From: Ginglymostoma cirratum
Taxonomy: Eukaryota
Length of the DNA: 64,000 nucleotides
Direction of reading: 5' to 3'
Assembly: GCA_024137785.1 (NCBI GenBank)
Contig: JAHRHZ010000018.1
Span: forward strand, 52,149,260-52,213,259
The notes below the pieces were generated by a model. The model saw only the letters and a program-made list of their open reading frames with translations. It did not search any database and was not told the origin of the DNA. Positions 1 through 11,088 of this stretch are shown one piece after another; the first letter of the stretch is position 1; each line of letters opens with the position of its first letter. Position numbers and translations under genes: made by a program.

Positions 1-147
1 CCTCCCCCTCTCTCCCTATTTATTTCAGAACCCTCTTCCCCTCCCCCATTTCTGATGAAGGGTTTAGGCCTGAAACGTCAAGTTTTCCTGCTCCTATGAT
101 GCTGCTTGACCTGCTGTGTTCATCCAGCCCCATGCTTGTTATCTTAG
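1..147 (+). mobile_element. 3' end of Penelope-like element (subfamily A), cut by the window start
   Basis: Near-identical to the 3' UTR of the PLE copy at about 37037-37182, including the hammerhead motif and ...CCAGCCCCATGCTTGTTATCT end. Confidence 0.9.
48..83 (+). ncRNA. minimal type I hammerhead ribozyme motif
   Basis: ATTT-CTGATGA(52-58)-A-GGGT TTAG GCCT-GAAAC-GTC(77-79)-AAGT: core boxes, stem II hairpin, palindromic ACGT stem III, 4-bp stem I. Confidence 0.8.
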
Positions 148-1739
148 ATAGATTATTTAATGTTGTTTTCAGTCATTATTTAGTCAGTTACTCTTATGAA
201 TGAATTCACTAACTTTGTTTGGATTCTATTCTAAAAGATCCATATCACTTTGGGGAGCAAATTCTGCAAATCCCTGCTCTTGATAAAACCTTACTCATTA
301 CGAATCTATCTTCTTTCATTCTGTGTCCATGATAGAAGTTAACTTCATGTCAAAGTGAAAGTTACTTCCATTAATGTTGCTTCATGAAACAATAATATTT
401 TGGGCTGTTAAATCTAAATATTAACCCTTTAAAATTCTTGTACCATTCATCACTCTATGTGCTTCAGGCCAGCAAAGGACTCAAAGATGATACAGTTAAC
501 TTATCCATGTGAATATAATTTATCAGCTTTCATTCATTGCTACAATGCATCACTGTTTCCTTTCTCTGTAACTTTGCCATTCACAAAAAGAAAGATGCAT
601 TTATTTAAAAGTATCAACAGGGTCTGATCAAAAATTGCCGAAGTCCAAGCAACCTTTCGACACTTATGCATACTCCAAAAGAAAAACGCTTTGAAAGGTA
701 GGTGCTAGTCGAATGATTTTTTTTAAAAACAACACTCCTTCACCCTGCTAATCATTGAAACCTCAGTTGCTAAGCTTGCTAACTGTCCAGCTAATGCCCA
801 CTGAGTCACTGTAATATCACAGCTGTCCCTGTATACCAACACAACAGCTTTCCCATTGTCCAATGCTTGATGCTTTGTTTGTGGTCAGTTACTCAGCACA
901 AAACAAAAGCTTGTTTGACCAACAGTGGTTCCAAAACAAAACCATGGTTACAGGAAGTGTTGTTATGGGCCTGAATTGATGTTCAGACAATTTCACATCC
1001 AAACAACATTCTCCAAACATATATATTAACAAGTGCACAACAGCATTTGTTATCCCATTTAAATGAAACTGGGCAAGTCAAAAAGACTACAATTAACAGC
1101 AGCAACAATGCTTGAGAACATTCCCTTTGCTTCTGCAGTGTTTTAAAGTTCAGATTTCCAAGCACTTAAGTGAAAGGAGTTGTATCCACAGATATAAGCC
1201 ATCAATAACTGCCAGAAAACAATACTGTTCCACACATAGCCTTATACTATCCTGTCAGTTCATCCCGACTTAATTTTCTTTCCGTCCCTCCTGATGGTAG
1301 GGATGTTATGGGTACAGTTCCACCAACGCTGGCAGTCCCTTCAATAACTCACCTGTAAGTGAGCACAGACAGTGATGTTAGCAGACCAACAACAATTGAA
1401 CCCAATGTTGCCCTCACCCAGAGTCTGCAGTTACAAGCTTTGCTAAACAGGACCACAGCTGATTCAGTTCCCTGCACTCCACATCCAAAACAAATCCCTC
1501 CCCTGTTCACTGCACCATAGAGGAAATTATTAATTATCAATCAATCAATCTATACAATGGAATTACTCACCTTTGACAAGGAAGCAGTTCTATAAAATTA
1601 TCATTTTGGTTTTGCAGTCCATCAGCTGATGGAATCCTTCCACTCAGTAACAGATACTACAAGAAACTACTAAATTACTGTAATGGTTTCTAATTAGAGG
1701 ATGATGTGGAAGGGGAAGTATAGCGGCCTTTCATTTACA

Positions 1740-1960
1740 GATTATAGGACCATGCTGCACAGGAGGAAGTCATTCAGCCCATCGTGCCTCTGCTAGATCT
1801 TTGGAAGAGCCTTCCAATTAAGCCCATTCCTCTGCTTTTTCCCCATGGTTTTCCCCTACAATTTTGTTTGATTTTCAATTAAATATTCAATTCCCTTTTG
1901 AAAATTATTGTTGAATGTGTTTCCCCTATTTTCAGCAGTGGATTCCAGATCATAACACAA
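1740..1960 (-). mobile_element. CR1-type LINE 3' end relic
   Basis: Resembles, from recall, the reverse complement of CR1 3' tails (ACAGGAGGAAGTCATTCAGCCCATCG... to ...GATTCCAGATCATAAC); degraded. Confidence 0.65.
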
Positions 1961-2257
1961 AAAAAAGTAACTTCCATCTCTTCTCTAGCTCTTTAAGCCA
2001 TTAAATTACATTATCTATAGATATCATTCCAGACATTAACATGCTCCAATTGAAACCCACTTGTTTTGTCAGCATAGATTTCACCGTTCCCAATGCACAG
2101 GGGAACTTTCATGTCTATTCCAAGCTTGTTTCACAAGAATACTACTGCACGAGTGCAAGTTGTATAGATTCCAGAGATAGTAGGAACTGCCGATGCTGGA
2201 GAATCTGAGACAACAAGGTGTAGAGCTGGATGAACACAGCAGGCCGAGGAGCAGGAA

Positions 2258-2293
2258 AGCTGACGTTTCGGGTCTAGACCCTTCTTCAGAAAT
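2258..2293 (-). ncRNA. minimal type I hammerhead ribozyme motif
   Basis: Minus strand CTGAAGA-A-GGGT CTAG ACCC-GAAAC-GTC (2289 to 2262); perfect stem II, weak stem I. Confidence 0.75.
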
Positions 2294-2525
2294 GGGGGAG
2301 GGGAACGCGGATAGAAGATGGATAAAAGAGAAGATAGGTGGAGAGGAGACACACCAGGTCAAGGAGGCAGGGATGGAGCCAGTAAGGGGGAGTGTAGGTG
2401 GGGAGTTAGGGAGGGGATAGGTCGGTCCAGGGAGGACGGACAGGTCAAGGAGGCGGGATGAGGCTAGTAGGTAGGAGATGGGGGTGAGGCTTGAGGTGGG
2501 AGGATTGGATAGGTGGGAGGACAGG

Positions 2526-3772
2526 TTAGGGAGGCAGGTACGAGCTGGGCTGGTTTTGGGATGCGGTGGGGCGAGGGGAGATTTTGGAGCTTGTGAAGTC
2601 CACATTGTTACCATTGGGCTGCAGGGTTCCCAAGTGAAATAGGAGGTTCTGTTCCTGCAACCTTCTGATAGCATCGTTGTGGCACTGCAGGAAGCCCAGG
2701 ATGGACATGTCGTCCGAGGACTGGGAGGGGGAGTTAAAATGGTTCGCAACTGGGAGGTGCAGTTGTTTGTTGAGAACCGAGCGTAGGTGTTCCACAAAGC
2801 GGTCCCCAAGCCTCCGCTTGGCTTCCCCGATGTACAGAAGGCCACAACGGGTACAGTGGATGCAGTATACCACATTAGCAGATATGCAGGTGAACATCTG
2901 TTTGATGTGGAAGGTCTTCTTAGATCCTGGGATGGGGGTGAGGGGAAAGGGGTAGGGGCAAGCGTAGCACTTCCTGCGGTTGCAGGGAAAAGTGCCGGGA
3001 GTGGTGGGGCTGGTGGGGAATGTGGAGCGGACAAGGGAGTCACGGAGGGAGTGGTCCCTCCGGAAAGCAGACAAGGGTGGGGAGGGAAAATTGTCTTTGG
3101 TAGTGGGGTCAGATTGCAGAAGGCGGAAGTGTCGGAGGATGATACGTTGGATCCGGAGGTTGGTGGGGTGGTACTTGACGACGAGTAGGATTCTGTTTTG
3201 GTTGTTATTGTGGGAGGGGGTGCAAGGGATGAGTTGCGGGAAATGCGAGAGACACGGTCGAGGGCATTTTCGACCACTGCAGAGTGCAAGTTGCGGTCCT
3301 TGAAAAACGAGGACATCTGGGATGTCCGGGAGTGGAATGCCTCATCTCGGGAGCAGATGCAGCAGAGGCGAATGAATTGGGAATAGGGGATAGCATTTTT
3401 GCAGGAAGGTGGGTGAGAAGAGGTGTATTCTCGGCAGCTGTGGGAGTCAGTAGGCTTGAAATGGATATCGGTTTCCAGGTGGCTGCCAGAGATGGAAACA
3501 GAGAGGTCCAGGAAGGAGAGAGAGGTATCAGAGATGGTCCAGGTGAACTTAGGGTTGGGGTGGAAGAAATTGGTGAAATGGATGAACTGTTCGAGCTCCT
3601 CGTGGGAGCACGAGGCGGCGCCGATACAGTCATCGACGTAACGGAGGAAGAGGTGGGGGATAGGGCCACTGTAGCTTCAGAAGGATTGTTCCACGTATCC
3701 TACAAAGAGGCAGGCATAGCTTGGGCCCATGCAGGTACCCATTGCCACCCCCTTTGTCTGTAGCAAGTGGGA
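2526..3772 (-). pseudogene. disrupted PLE reverse transcriptase/GIY-YIG endonuclease ORF (C-terminal part)
   Basis: Minus strand reads QTKGVAMGTCMGPSYACLFVGYVEQSF*...FLRYVDDCIG (YVDD at 3629-3640), then CNRRKCYACP and VVYCIHCTRCGLLYIGEAKRRLGDRFVEH. One in-frame TGA near 3678 and a frameshift near 3220 relative to the copy at 36052. Confidence 0.92.
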
Positions 3773-3857
3773 GATAGATTCCAGGTTCTGTTTACCTTGC
3801 ACAGCAACAACTGCTTTTAAAGCTTCACTTCATCTACTGTCAAGCTTCACAAAGCTG

Positions 3858-3997
3858 AGGTTGCAGACTTGCTCGCCGAGCTGGTGTGTTTGATTGCAGG
3901 CTTCACCGGAAGCGCACTGACAATGTTACCTAACAGGTCGACAACACGTCTGCAACCTCATCCACAGCCTGAACTACAAAACTTCTCAAAAAATTTA
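3858..3997 (+). mobile_element. short relic of a second PLE family, with inverted 5' segment and decayed hammerhead
   Basis: Perfect 13-bp inverted repeat TGAGGTTGCAGAC (3856-3868) / GTCTGCAACCTCA (3948-3960); GCA-CTGACAA-TGTTACC...GTCGAC-AACAC-GTC-TGC; TSD TTCACAA[A/G]GCTG at 3846-3857 and 3998-4009. Confidence 0.65.
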
Positions 3998-4328
3998 TTC
4001 ACAAGGCTGCATTAGCTGGGAGCAGAAACAACTTCCACAGCAGCTTTATACTACACACTCAAAGTTTCACTTAAACTCTGGTTAAATGTCCTCAGAACTC
4101 AGGTTAGCTACAGTCTACTAGAAAAGAATATTGTGTCAGGATTATCAGTTTAAATACATGCTCATTTATTGGAAAATGAATGCAGTTTCTAGACAGAAAG
4201 ATTCACCTACACAATAAATCAAATCTAACTAATCAACTGGACGTTTGTCCGCGCACAGTGAGATACAAGCTTTGAGGTCTAGATTTGAATTTTTCCCCAG
4301 TCTTAAAAAGGTAGGTCTCTGATTACTG

Positions 4329-4413
4329 AGATAACAAGCATGGGGCTGGATGAACACAGCAGGTCAAGCAGCATCATAGGAGCAGGAAAACTTGACGTTT
4401 CAGGCCGAAACCC
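4329..4413 (-). mobile_element. 85-bp PLE 3'-end insertion (subfamily A), truncated in hammerhead stem II
   Basis: Reverse complement matches 60-145; 7-bp TSD ATTACTG at 4322-4328 and 4414-4420. Confidence 0.9.
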
Positions 4414-6027
4414 ATTACTGTTGGTCCATAACCAATCAGCCAACAAGCAACTGCAAAGATAGGCAGTGTGAAAAAGAAATTTTATTTGGTTTGGGTAACT
4501 TGTGAAAAGTCTTTATTCCACAAGTGGCCCACATTAGGGACTATGATAGCTGAATAATTAAAAGCCAATTATGGTATTGAATTAGCAAAACAAAAAAAAA
4601 GTGGAGATCAAATCCAACCATGGTATCAGATAAATCTTCACATAAAAGCTGCCCATTTGTTGGGGTAAAAAGGCAACAACTTTTAAGTGATGACTATAAC
4701 AAGCAATTGGGTAGAAAGCATGCTGTGAAAGCAGCAGTGGGAAAAGGACATTGAAACTGGTGGGGACAATGAATAGCAGGACAGCAGCAAAAGCAGGTAC
4801 ACCCAGTGCCGAAACTACTTCATGACTTTTCCTGGAGTCTTATCACATGCACTGCACCAGACCTTCAGGTATACTTTATAGGTAGCAACAGTTGGGATTT
4901 TACCTGACAACAGAAAGGGGCAGTGCCAGCTCCTTTCCACTGTCAGCACACAGTATTTGTCTTCTAATTTCATACTGGGACATCTATGAGCAACTCCTTC
5001 CTTATTTTCTACTTTTGGAACACGATTCACATAAAACCCTTCTCCCAATCACATTCCAGCAAAATAAGTCTGACCAACAACCTTTTGTTATCCACCACAC
5101 TATATTATGACACAGGGTATTTGTTATTGGATTAAACACAAAAGAAATCACATAATTGGAAAAAGAACTTCAATTGCTCAGCAACTGCTATCTATCCAGA
5201 CATGACCTTGTTCCACCTCCTGAACATTTTCAAATCCTCCTTTTTGTATCTTATGGTCCAAACTGATCAACAGAGATCCAATAATCAGAATCAAACAAGA
5301 CCACAAGCTTCTACTACAAAGTAATAATGCAAACCAAAACTCCCAAAAGGACTTTGCAAATGCAGATATGAGATCTTTTCATCTTTCGCCACTACCTCCT
5401 GGTTGCCAGCCGCTTCCAAGCCTAGTTTCCTGATGTATAGGCTCAACTCAAATCATTCACATTCACCATTTAAGCTTAGCTCCTGCCACTCAATTCAAGA
5501 CCACCCCTCCAGACTTCAGGCTTCAGTCCAGCCCCACACTTCACTGGTTTGTTCTTTCATTCCCTCCAGATGCCTCACAGGCGTGACTTTTGTTAAAAAA
5601 GTAAATTAAAGATTTACGTCAAATCTTTGGGAGAAATATTAAAAAGGCTAAACACAGAAAACCAAACTGACAAGTGACCAAAGGTTAACCCAATAAAGTG
5701 ATTTGAATATTCTGATTAGAATCTTAAAATTGCGCGCAATATTTTTCTGGGAGCAATGTTACATGAGGTTGAGTACAAATAATGAAGTGCAGGTGTAGGT
5801 ATTGTTATAATTTACTCATTTATTTCAACTGCCATCAAGACAAACTGAATGCTGACAACAGTAATTCTGGCCTAATTGGTGACTTTTACGATGAATTATA
5901 AAAAAAATCTCTATACATTTTTAACTATTTCATTCACAAAGTGGCAAGCCAGATACTTAGTCACTAACAACTAACCATAACAAACCTAACTAGAAAGAAC
6001 AACAGACTTTTTGTTTTTAAGTTCTGT

Positions 6028-9000
6028 AGTTCACCGGACATTGGTGTTGTTGGCTGAGCCAACAACACCAGTCAATCCCCAAATGTCCTTAAAAAATGTG
6101 GTTCAGTCCTTAGGGTGTAGGAACACGCACAGTGCTGTTAGGAAGCTGTTCTAGTGTTTTGACCCAAATGAAGAAAAGGAACAACAATAGTTTCAAGTCA
6201 GGATGGTGCAGGGCTTGGAGGGGAACTTGCAGGTGCTCATAGTTGCCATGTGTCTACGATCCTGTCCTTCAACGTGGTAGAAGTCATACATTTAGAAGCT
6301 GCTGCCTAGCAAGCCTGGGTGAGTTGCTTCCAGGCATCTTGAAGACAGTACACACTGCTGCCACTGTATGCCAGTGGTGGAAAGAATGAACGTTAAAGAT
6401 ATTGGATGAGGGGGACAAACAAGAGGCTACTTTATCCTTGATGGTGTTAAGCTTCTTTTATGCTGAAGATACAATCATCCAGGCAAGTGAGGAATATTCC
6501 AAAGCACTCCTGACTTATGCCTTGTAGATGGAGGAAAGGCTTTTAGGAAGTCAGGATGGAGTTAGTTGCCTCAGAATTACTAATCCGTACCTTGCTCTTG
6601 CAGAATTAAGGTTAGTATATTTACACGGCAGATCCTGTTTAGTTTCTGGTCAATTGTAACCCCCAAGATGTTGATAGCAGGTACTTACTGATGGGAATGC
6701 CACTGAATGTCAATGGGAGATGATCAGATTCTCTCTTGCTCGAGATGGTAAATGCCTATTACCTGGCTGACCCAAATTTTACTTGCTTCTTATCTGCCCA
6801 AGCCAAAATGTTGTCCCGGTCTTGCTGCATATGGACATGGACTGCTTCCATAGCTGTGTTGAGAATGGTATCAAACATTGTGCAATCATCAGTGAACATC
6901 TCCACTTCTGACATCAAGATAGAAAGATTACTGATGAAGCAGGTGAAGATGACAAGGAAATCAGAGAAAGAAAGTCCTTGAGAACACCTGAAATTATGTC
7001 CTGAGACTGATATGGTCGACCTCAAACAAGTGCAACCTCCTCCCTTTGTGGCTTGGGTCTGGAATTCAGTGCCTGGAAGCGTGATGGAATCAGAGTCAAT
7101 TGAGACAGCCAAGAAGGCATCAGATGAATATTTGAATAGAAACATTGTACAAGCGTACGGAGAAACAGCTGGGAAAATACTCTGAATCATAATGTTCACG
7201 AGAGAGCTGTGTAGACACAATGGGCCGAACGGCTTCCATCTGTGCCAGGTCAATTCTGTGAATCTGTGACTGTGCTATATAGGATTCCAACCAGTGACAA
7301 ATTTTTCTCCGATTCCTATTGACATTATTTTCACGGAGGCTCGTTGATGCTATAGTTGGGTCAAATGCTGCTTTTGTCACCGTTACCCTCCCCCTGGAGT
7401 TCAACTCTTATAATCAACATTAGGACCACAGTTGTAATGAGATCAAGGGCTGAGTGGATCCCGGAGAAGCCAAAGTGAGCAATCAACAGGTTACTATTAA
7501 ATTAGTCATAGAGTTATAGACAGTGTTACATGAAGCATTGTCAACAAACCCTTCCATCACATTACTGATCCTCAAGAGTAAACTGATGGGCGGTTTAACA
7601 TCTGGACTGGATTTGTCTTGCTTTTTGTGGACAGGACATACCCGGGCAATTCGACATTGCCAGTTAGATACCACTGTTGTAGCTGTATTAAAACAGCTGA
7701 ACTACAGCATGGCTAACTCTGGAGCACAAGTCTTCAATACTAACATAGGAATACTATCCAGGGCCCACTGTCTTTGCAATATTCTGTGCAGTCAGTCATT
7801 CCTAACATCATGCAGAGCACTGGCATCAGTCTTGCTGGAGAATTCTGGAGGACGACAAGCTGGCTCATCAACGTGGTCACTTCTGGCTGAAGATAGCTGC
7901 AAATGCATCAGTGTCTTTTACATCAAAGTGCTGGGCTTTGCCATCATTGAGAATGTGGATATTTGTGGATCTTCCTCCTCCATTCAACTGTTTTATTGCC
8001 CACCATTCCCAATTAGATAGATATCTAATCCCTTGATTGTAGGATCTCTTAGCTCTCTCAATTGCATGCTTCCAAGTCTGTCATGCAAACATAACTGTGT
8101 TGTAAGTTCACAACACATTATTAAATATTCCTAGTGCCTTTCTGACATGACCTCCTGCACCCTTCATTGAACCTATGTTGATATCCAGCTTGGTGATAAT
8201 GGGAGAGCGCAGGATCCACCAGGCCATGAGGTTAGAGATTATAGCTGAAAACAATATTCTGCTGATGGCCTACAGTACTCCTGGATGCTCATTTGAGTTG
8301 TTATATCTGTTCGTAGTCTGTCCTATTTAGCACGACGATAATGCCACACAACATGATGGACAGAATCTTCAACATAAACACATTAGTCTCCACAATAGAT
8401 GTGCAGAGTCACCCCTACCAATCTTGGCATAGATAGACGCATCTGTGAAGACAAGGTTAAAGAGGTTTTTCCCTCTTGTTGGTTCTCTCACCAGCTGATG
8501 TGGACCTCGTCTAGCAACTATCTCCTGCTCTGTAGGTGTGTTAGTGAGTCATTCTTGGTAATTGACAACAAAACCCAGAGTACATTCTGTGAACTGTCAC
8601 ATTCAGTGTTTTTTGCAAATGGACACACAGAGATTAACGAGATGAAGTGGAGGTGGTGGTGGCAGCAGGTGATCAGCAGAAATTATCATCACATATGAAG
8701 CTTCATATTATCACACAGGGCCTACAGTCAATGTTGAGGATGCAGGGAAACCTCCACCTGATTGTACACCCCCGTATTGCCAATTCTTGCGGGCCTGTCC
8801 TGCCAGTGGGTCATGACATACTCAGGGAAAAGATGGTCATATCTGGCACTTTGTAAGGTGTGACTTGGTGGGTATGACTGTATCAGGCTATTACCTGTTA
8901 AGTTTGTGGGGTAGCTCACAATTTTGGCAGATGTCTCTGATGTTTGGGTAAGGAACACTTTGCAGGCTTGACATTATTGTTTCAGGTGTCTAGGTCGATG

Positions 9001-9303
9001 TCAGGTAATCTGTCTAGTTTCATCCCTTTTAGACTTTGTAACTGTCTGATACAAAATTTGTGGCTTGCTCAACCATGTTAGAAAGCATTTAAGAATCAAC
9101 CACATCACTATGGAGTCACTGTAGGACAGACCAGGTATGAGTGTCAGGTTTCCTTTTCTAAAAGGGATACCATTACTGAGATTAGATCTGAATTCCATAT
9201 TTATTACATTTTTCAAAATTCCACCAGCTCCAACGGTAGCACATGAACCGCTTTCCCCAGAATTTCTGGATTACTGGTCCAGTCAAATTACTGTTGCACC
9301 AAC
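6028..9303 (-). mobile_element. degraded near-full-length CR1/L2-group LINE (APE plus RT) with tRNA-like 5' head
   Basis: Minus-strand peptides WQCRIARVCPVHKKQDKS..PISLL..ISNVMEG, VTVTKAAFD and SEVEMFTDDCTMF..MQQDRDNILAWADKKQVKF resemble LINE RT motifs; many frameshifts; boundaries approximate. Confidence 0.85.
7057..7270 (+). mobile_element. CR1 3' end nested in opposite orientation inside the LINE RT region
   Basis: TGGAATTCAGTGCCTGG...ATGGGCCGAACGGCTTCCATCTGTGC followed by tail TTCTGTGAATCTGTGA; interrupts host RT motifs. Confidence 0.8.
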
Positions 9304-10994
9304 ACATCCTTTAACAGTCTACATTAAACCAATTCAGAAAGGTCCCACACAAAAGTTCAGGCACACAGAAATAATTGCTATACCAAATGCCAACTAGCCG
9401 CAGACTTTACTTAGCAATGCATTCTCCAGTGGAATTATGGCAAGATTCTTTCACGTTAAGAAAACAAAAGCTGTAGGCCTCTTCATCCGTAGCAACAGAG
9501 AGAAACAGAGTGGAGCAGTGGAAGGAAAGAAACATTTTGAAGCTTAAATTATTTTTTATTTTGCAGACAAAATGAATGAGTTAATTACCCTGGCAATCAA
9601 GGTGGAGGTGGGAGGCAAAGGCACTTTTTCTTAATAAGCACATTAACAATCCTGGAAGTCAGTAACATGTTGCTAATGCTAGTGTGCACCATTGCAAAAG
9701 GAGTAAAGGAGGAAAATGTATATATGATTCTAATACCTGGTGAACATTTTCAGGGTCTGCTAACATTCCAGATGAAAGCCCTTCAAATGGTTATGATCAA
9801 GGGACAGTTATTTAAACAACTCACTAACCAGTATCCCAACCAAGGACACGTGAAATCAGGCAAAAGGGAGAAAGATCCAGGCCATGCAGTACCAAAGGCA
9901 TGTGTCATAAAGAAGCAAATCTACAGCTGTACCCAGCAGAAATACTTCCTATATACTGAGAGCTTTAGCATTTTATTTTGCCTGCAGGAAGGGAACGTGG
10001 TAGGAAACACAAGGCCCGCTACAGAATTTTTGTTAAATGAAATTTGCAATTACGAAGGGACAAATCAAATGTACAGTCAGAGAAAGAAAAAGCATATTCG
10101 TGGGGATCAATACTATGCAGATGGAAAAACAGTATCTCTTCAGTGACTGTAAATGTTCTGTTGCAAATTATACCAAGCAATAGCACTCTCAAAGCACACA
10201 AGAGCTCAGCTATAAAATTAACGAACATAAATGTTCTACATGGAGCTGTTTGCATTTCTGCAGTTGAGTGTCTGAACATTTTTAATCAATTACCTGTTAT
10301 GATACATTAATCATCCACTTACTTTTACTCTACTTAGAACAATTTAGTGATTAATATGCATTAGCCACAGTCGCCAATATAACTGGAATTTAATTAACTA
10401 AACAGATTGTGAACACTGATCAACTATTTAAAAATGTATAAAACATATAGAGCGGAATTGGTTACAATTACTGCTTCAGTTCAGAACATGGTAAATCAAT
10501 GGCTGATAGACAAAAGTAAATCTGTGCAACAGGATGAGTCCAGAAAACAGCATTCTAATTGAGTGAGATTTGGACTTAGAATGGACCCAGCTGCTTCCAG
10601 CCATTTAACTATTTCAGTATTTCACCAAATAATATTCACTTTCATAGTTTGATGGATAAAATACAGCCACCAGTTCTTGCAGGCAGAAGGCCATGCAGTC
10701 CTTTGTCAGTTACTAAGTTGAGATAGTTTCTACTTCAAAAAAAAAGTTGGATGAAAAGGCCATCAGTTACAATAGTCACAAGTTACACAAATTCAAACAA
10801 GTAATGAACAAAAAAAATGTGGGGTGGGCTTTTGACTCACCTAGGGCAGTGACAGCAGCAGGTGAAGGGGGGTTAAAATTAGCCATGCAAGCAGGTGTCA
10901 GTCCCAGCTCTATTCTATCTCTGGACCATTTTTCCCCAGAGGTGGGATTGGGGGCCAGCAGAGCTATTACCTGCAAGTGGTGAAGTTGTTTCTA

Positions 10995-11088
10995 TTCAAC
11001 TTGTTCAGATGTGTTGAAACAGCTGGCACTTGATGCAGGGCCCTCTTTCTCAGAGGTAGTGACACTATCGCTGCACCACAACAGCCCC
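10995..11088 (-). mobile_element. tRNA-derived SINE head relic
   Basis: Minus strand GTGGTGCAGCGATAGTGTCACTACCTCTGAG...GCATCAAGTGCC resembles pol III A and B boxes. Confidence 0.55.

Larger units (their letters stand above)
2175..3773 (-). mobile_element. 5'-truncated Penelope-like retrotransposon (Neptune-type, subfamily B)
   Basis: RT, Cys-linker and GIY-YIG coding remnants, pyrimidine-rich 3' UTR with hammerhead; 11-bp TSD ATAGATTCCAG at 2164-2174 and 3774-3784. Confidence 0.95.

Noticed and set aside
2081-3316. 411-aa Pro/Ser-rich minus-strand ORF
   Set aside because: Only the first 30 or so residues are in the true PLE frame; the rest is an alternative frame of C-rich PLE sequence after a frameshift
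9667-10146. 159-aa ORF and a possible micro-exon near 9987
   Set aside because: No recognisable protein features; splice-like signals at chance level
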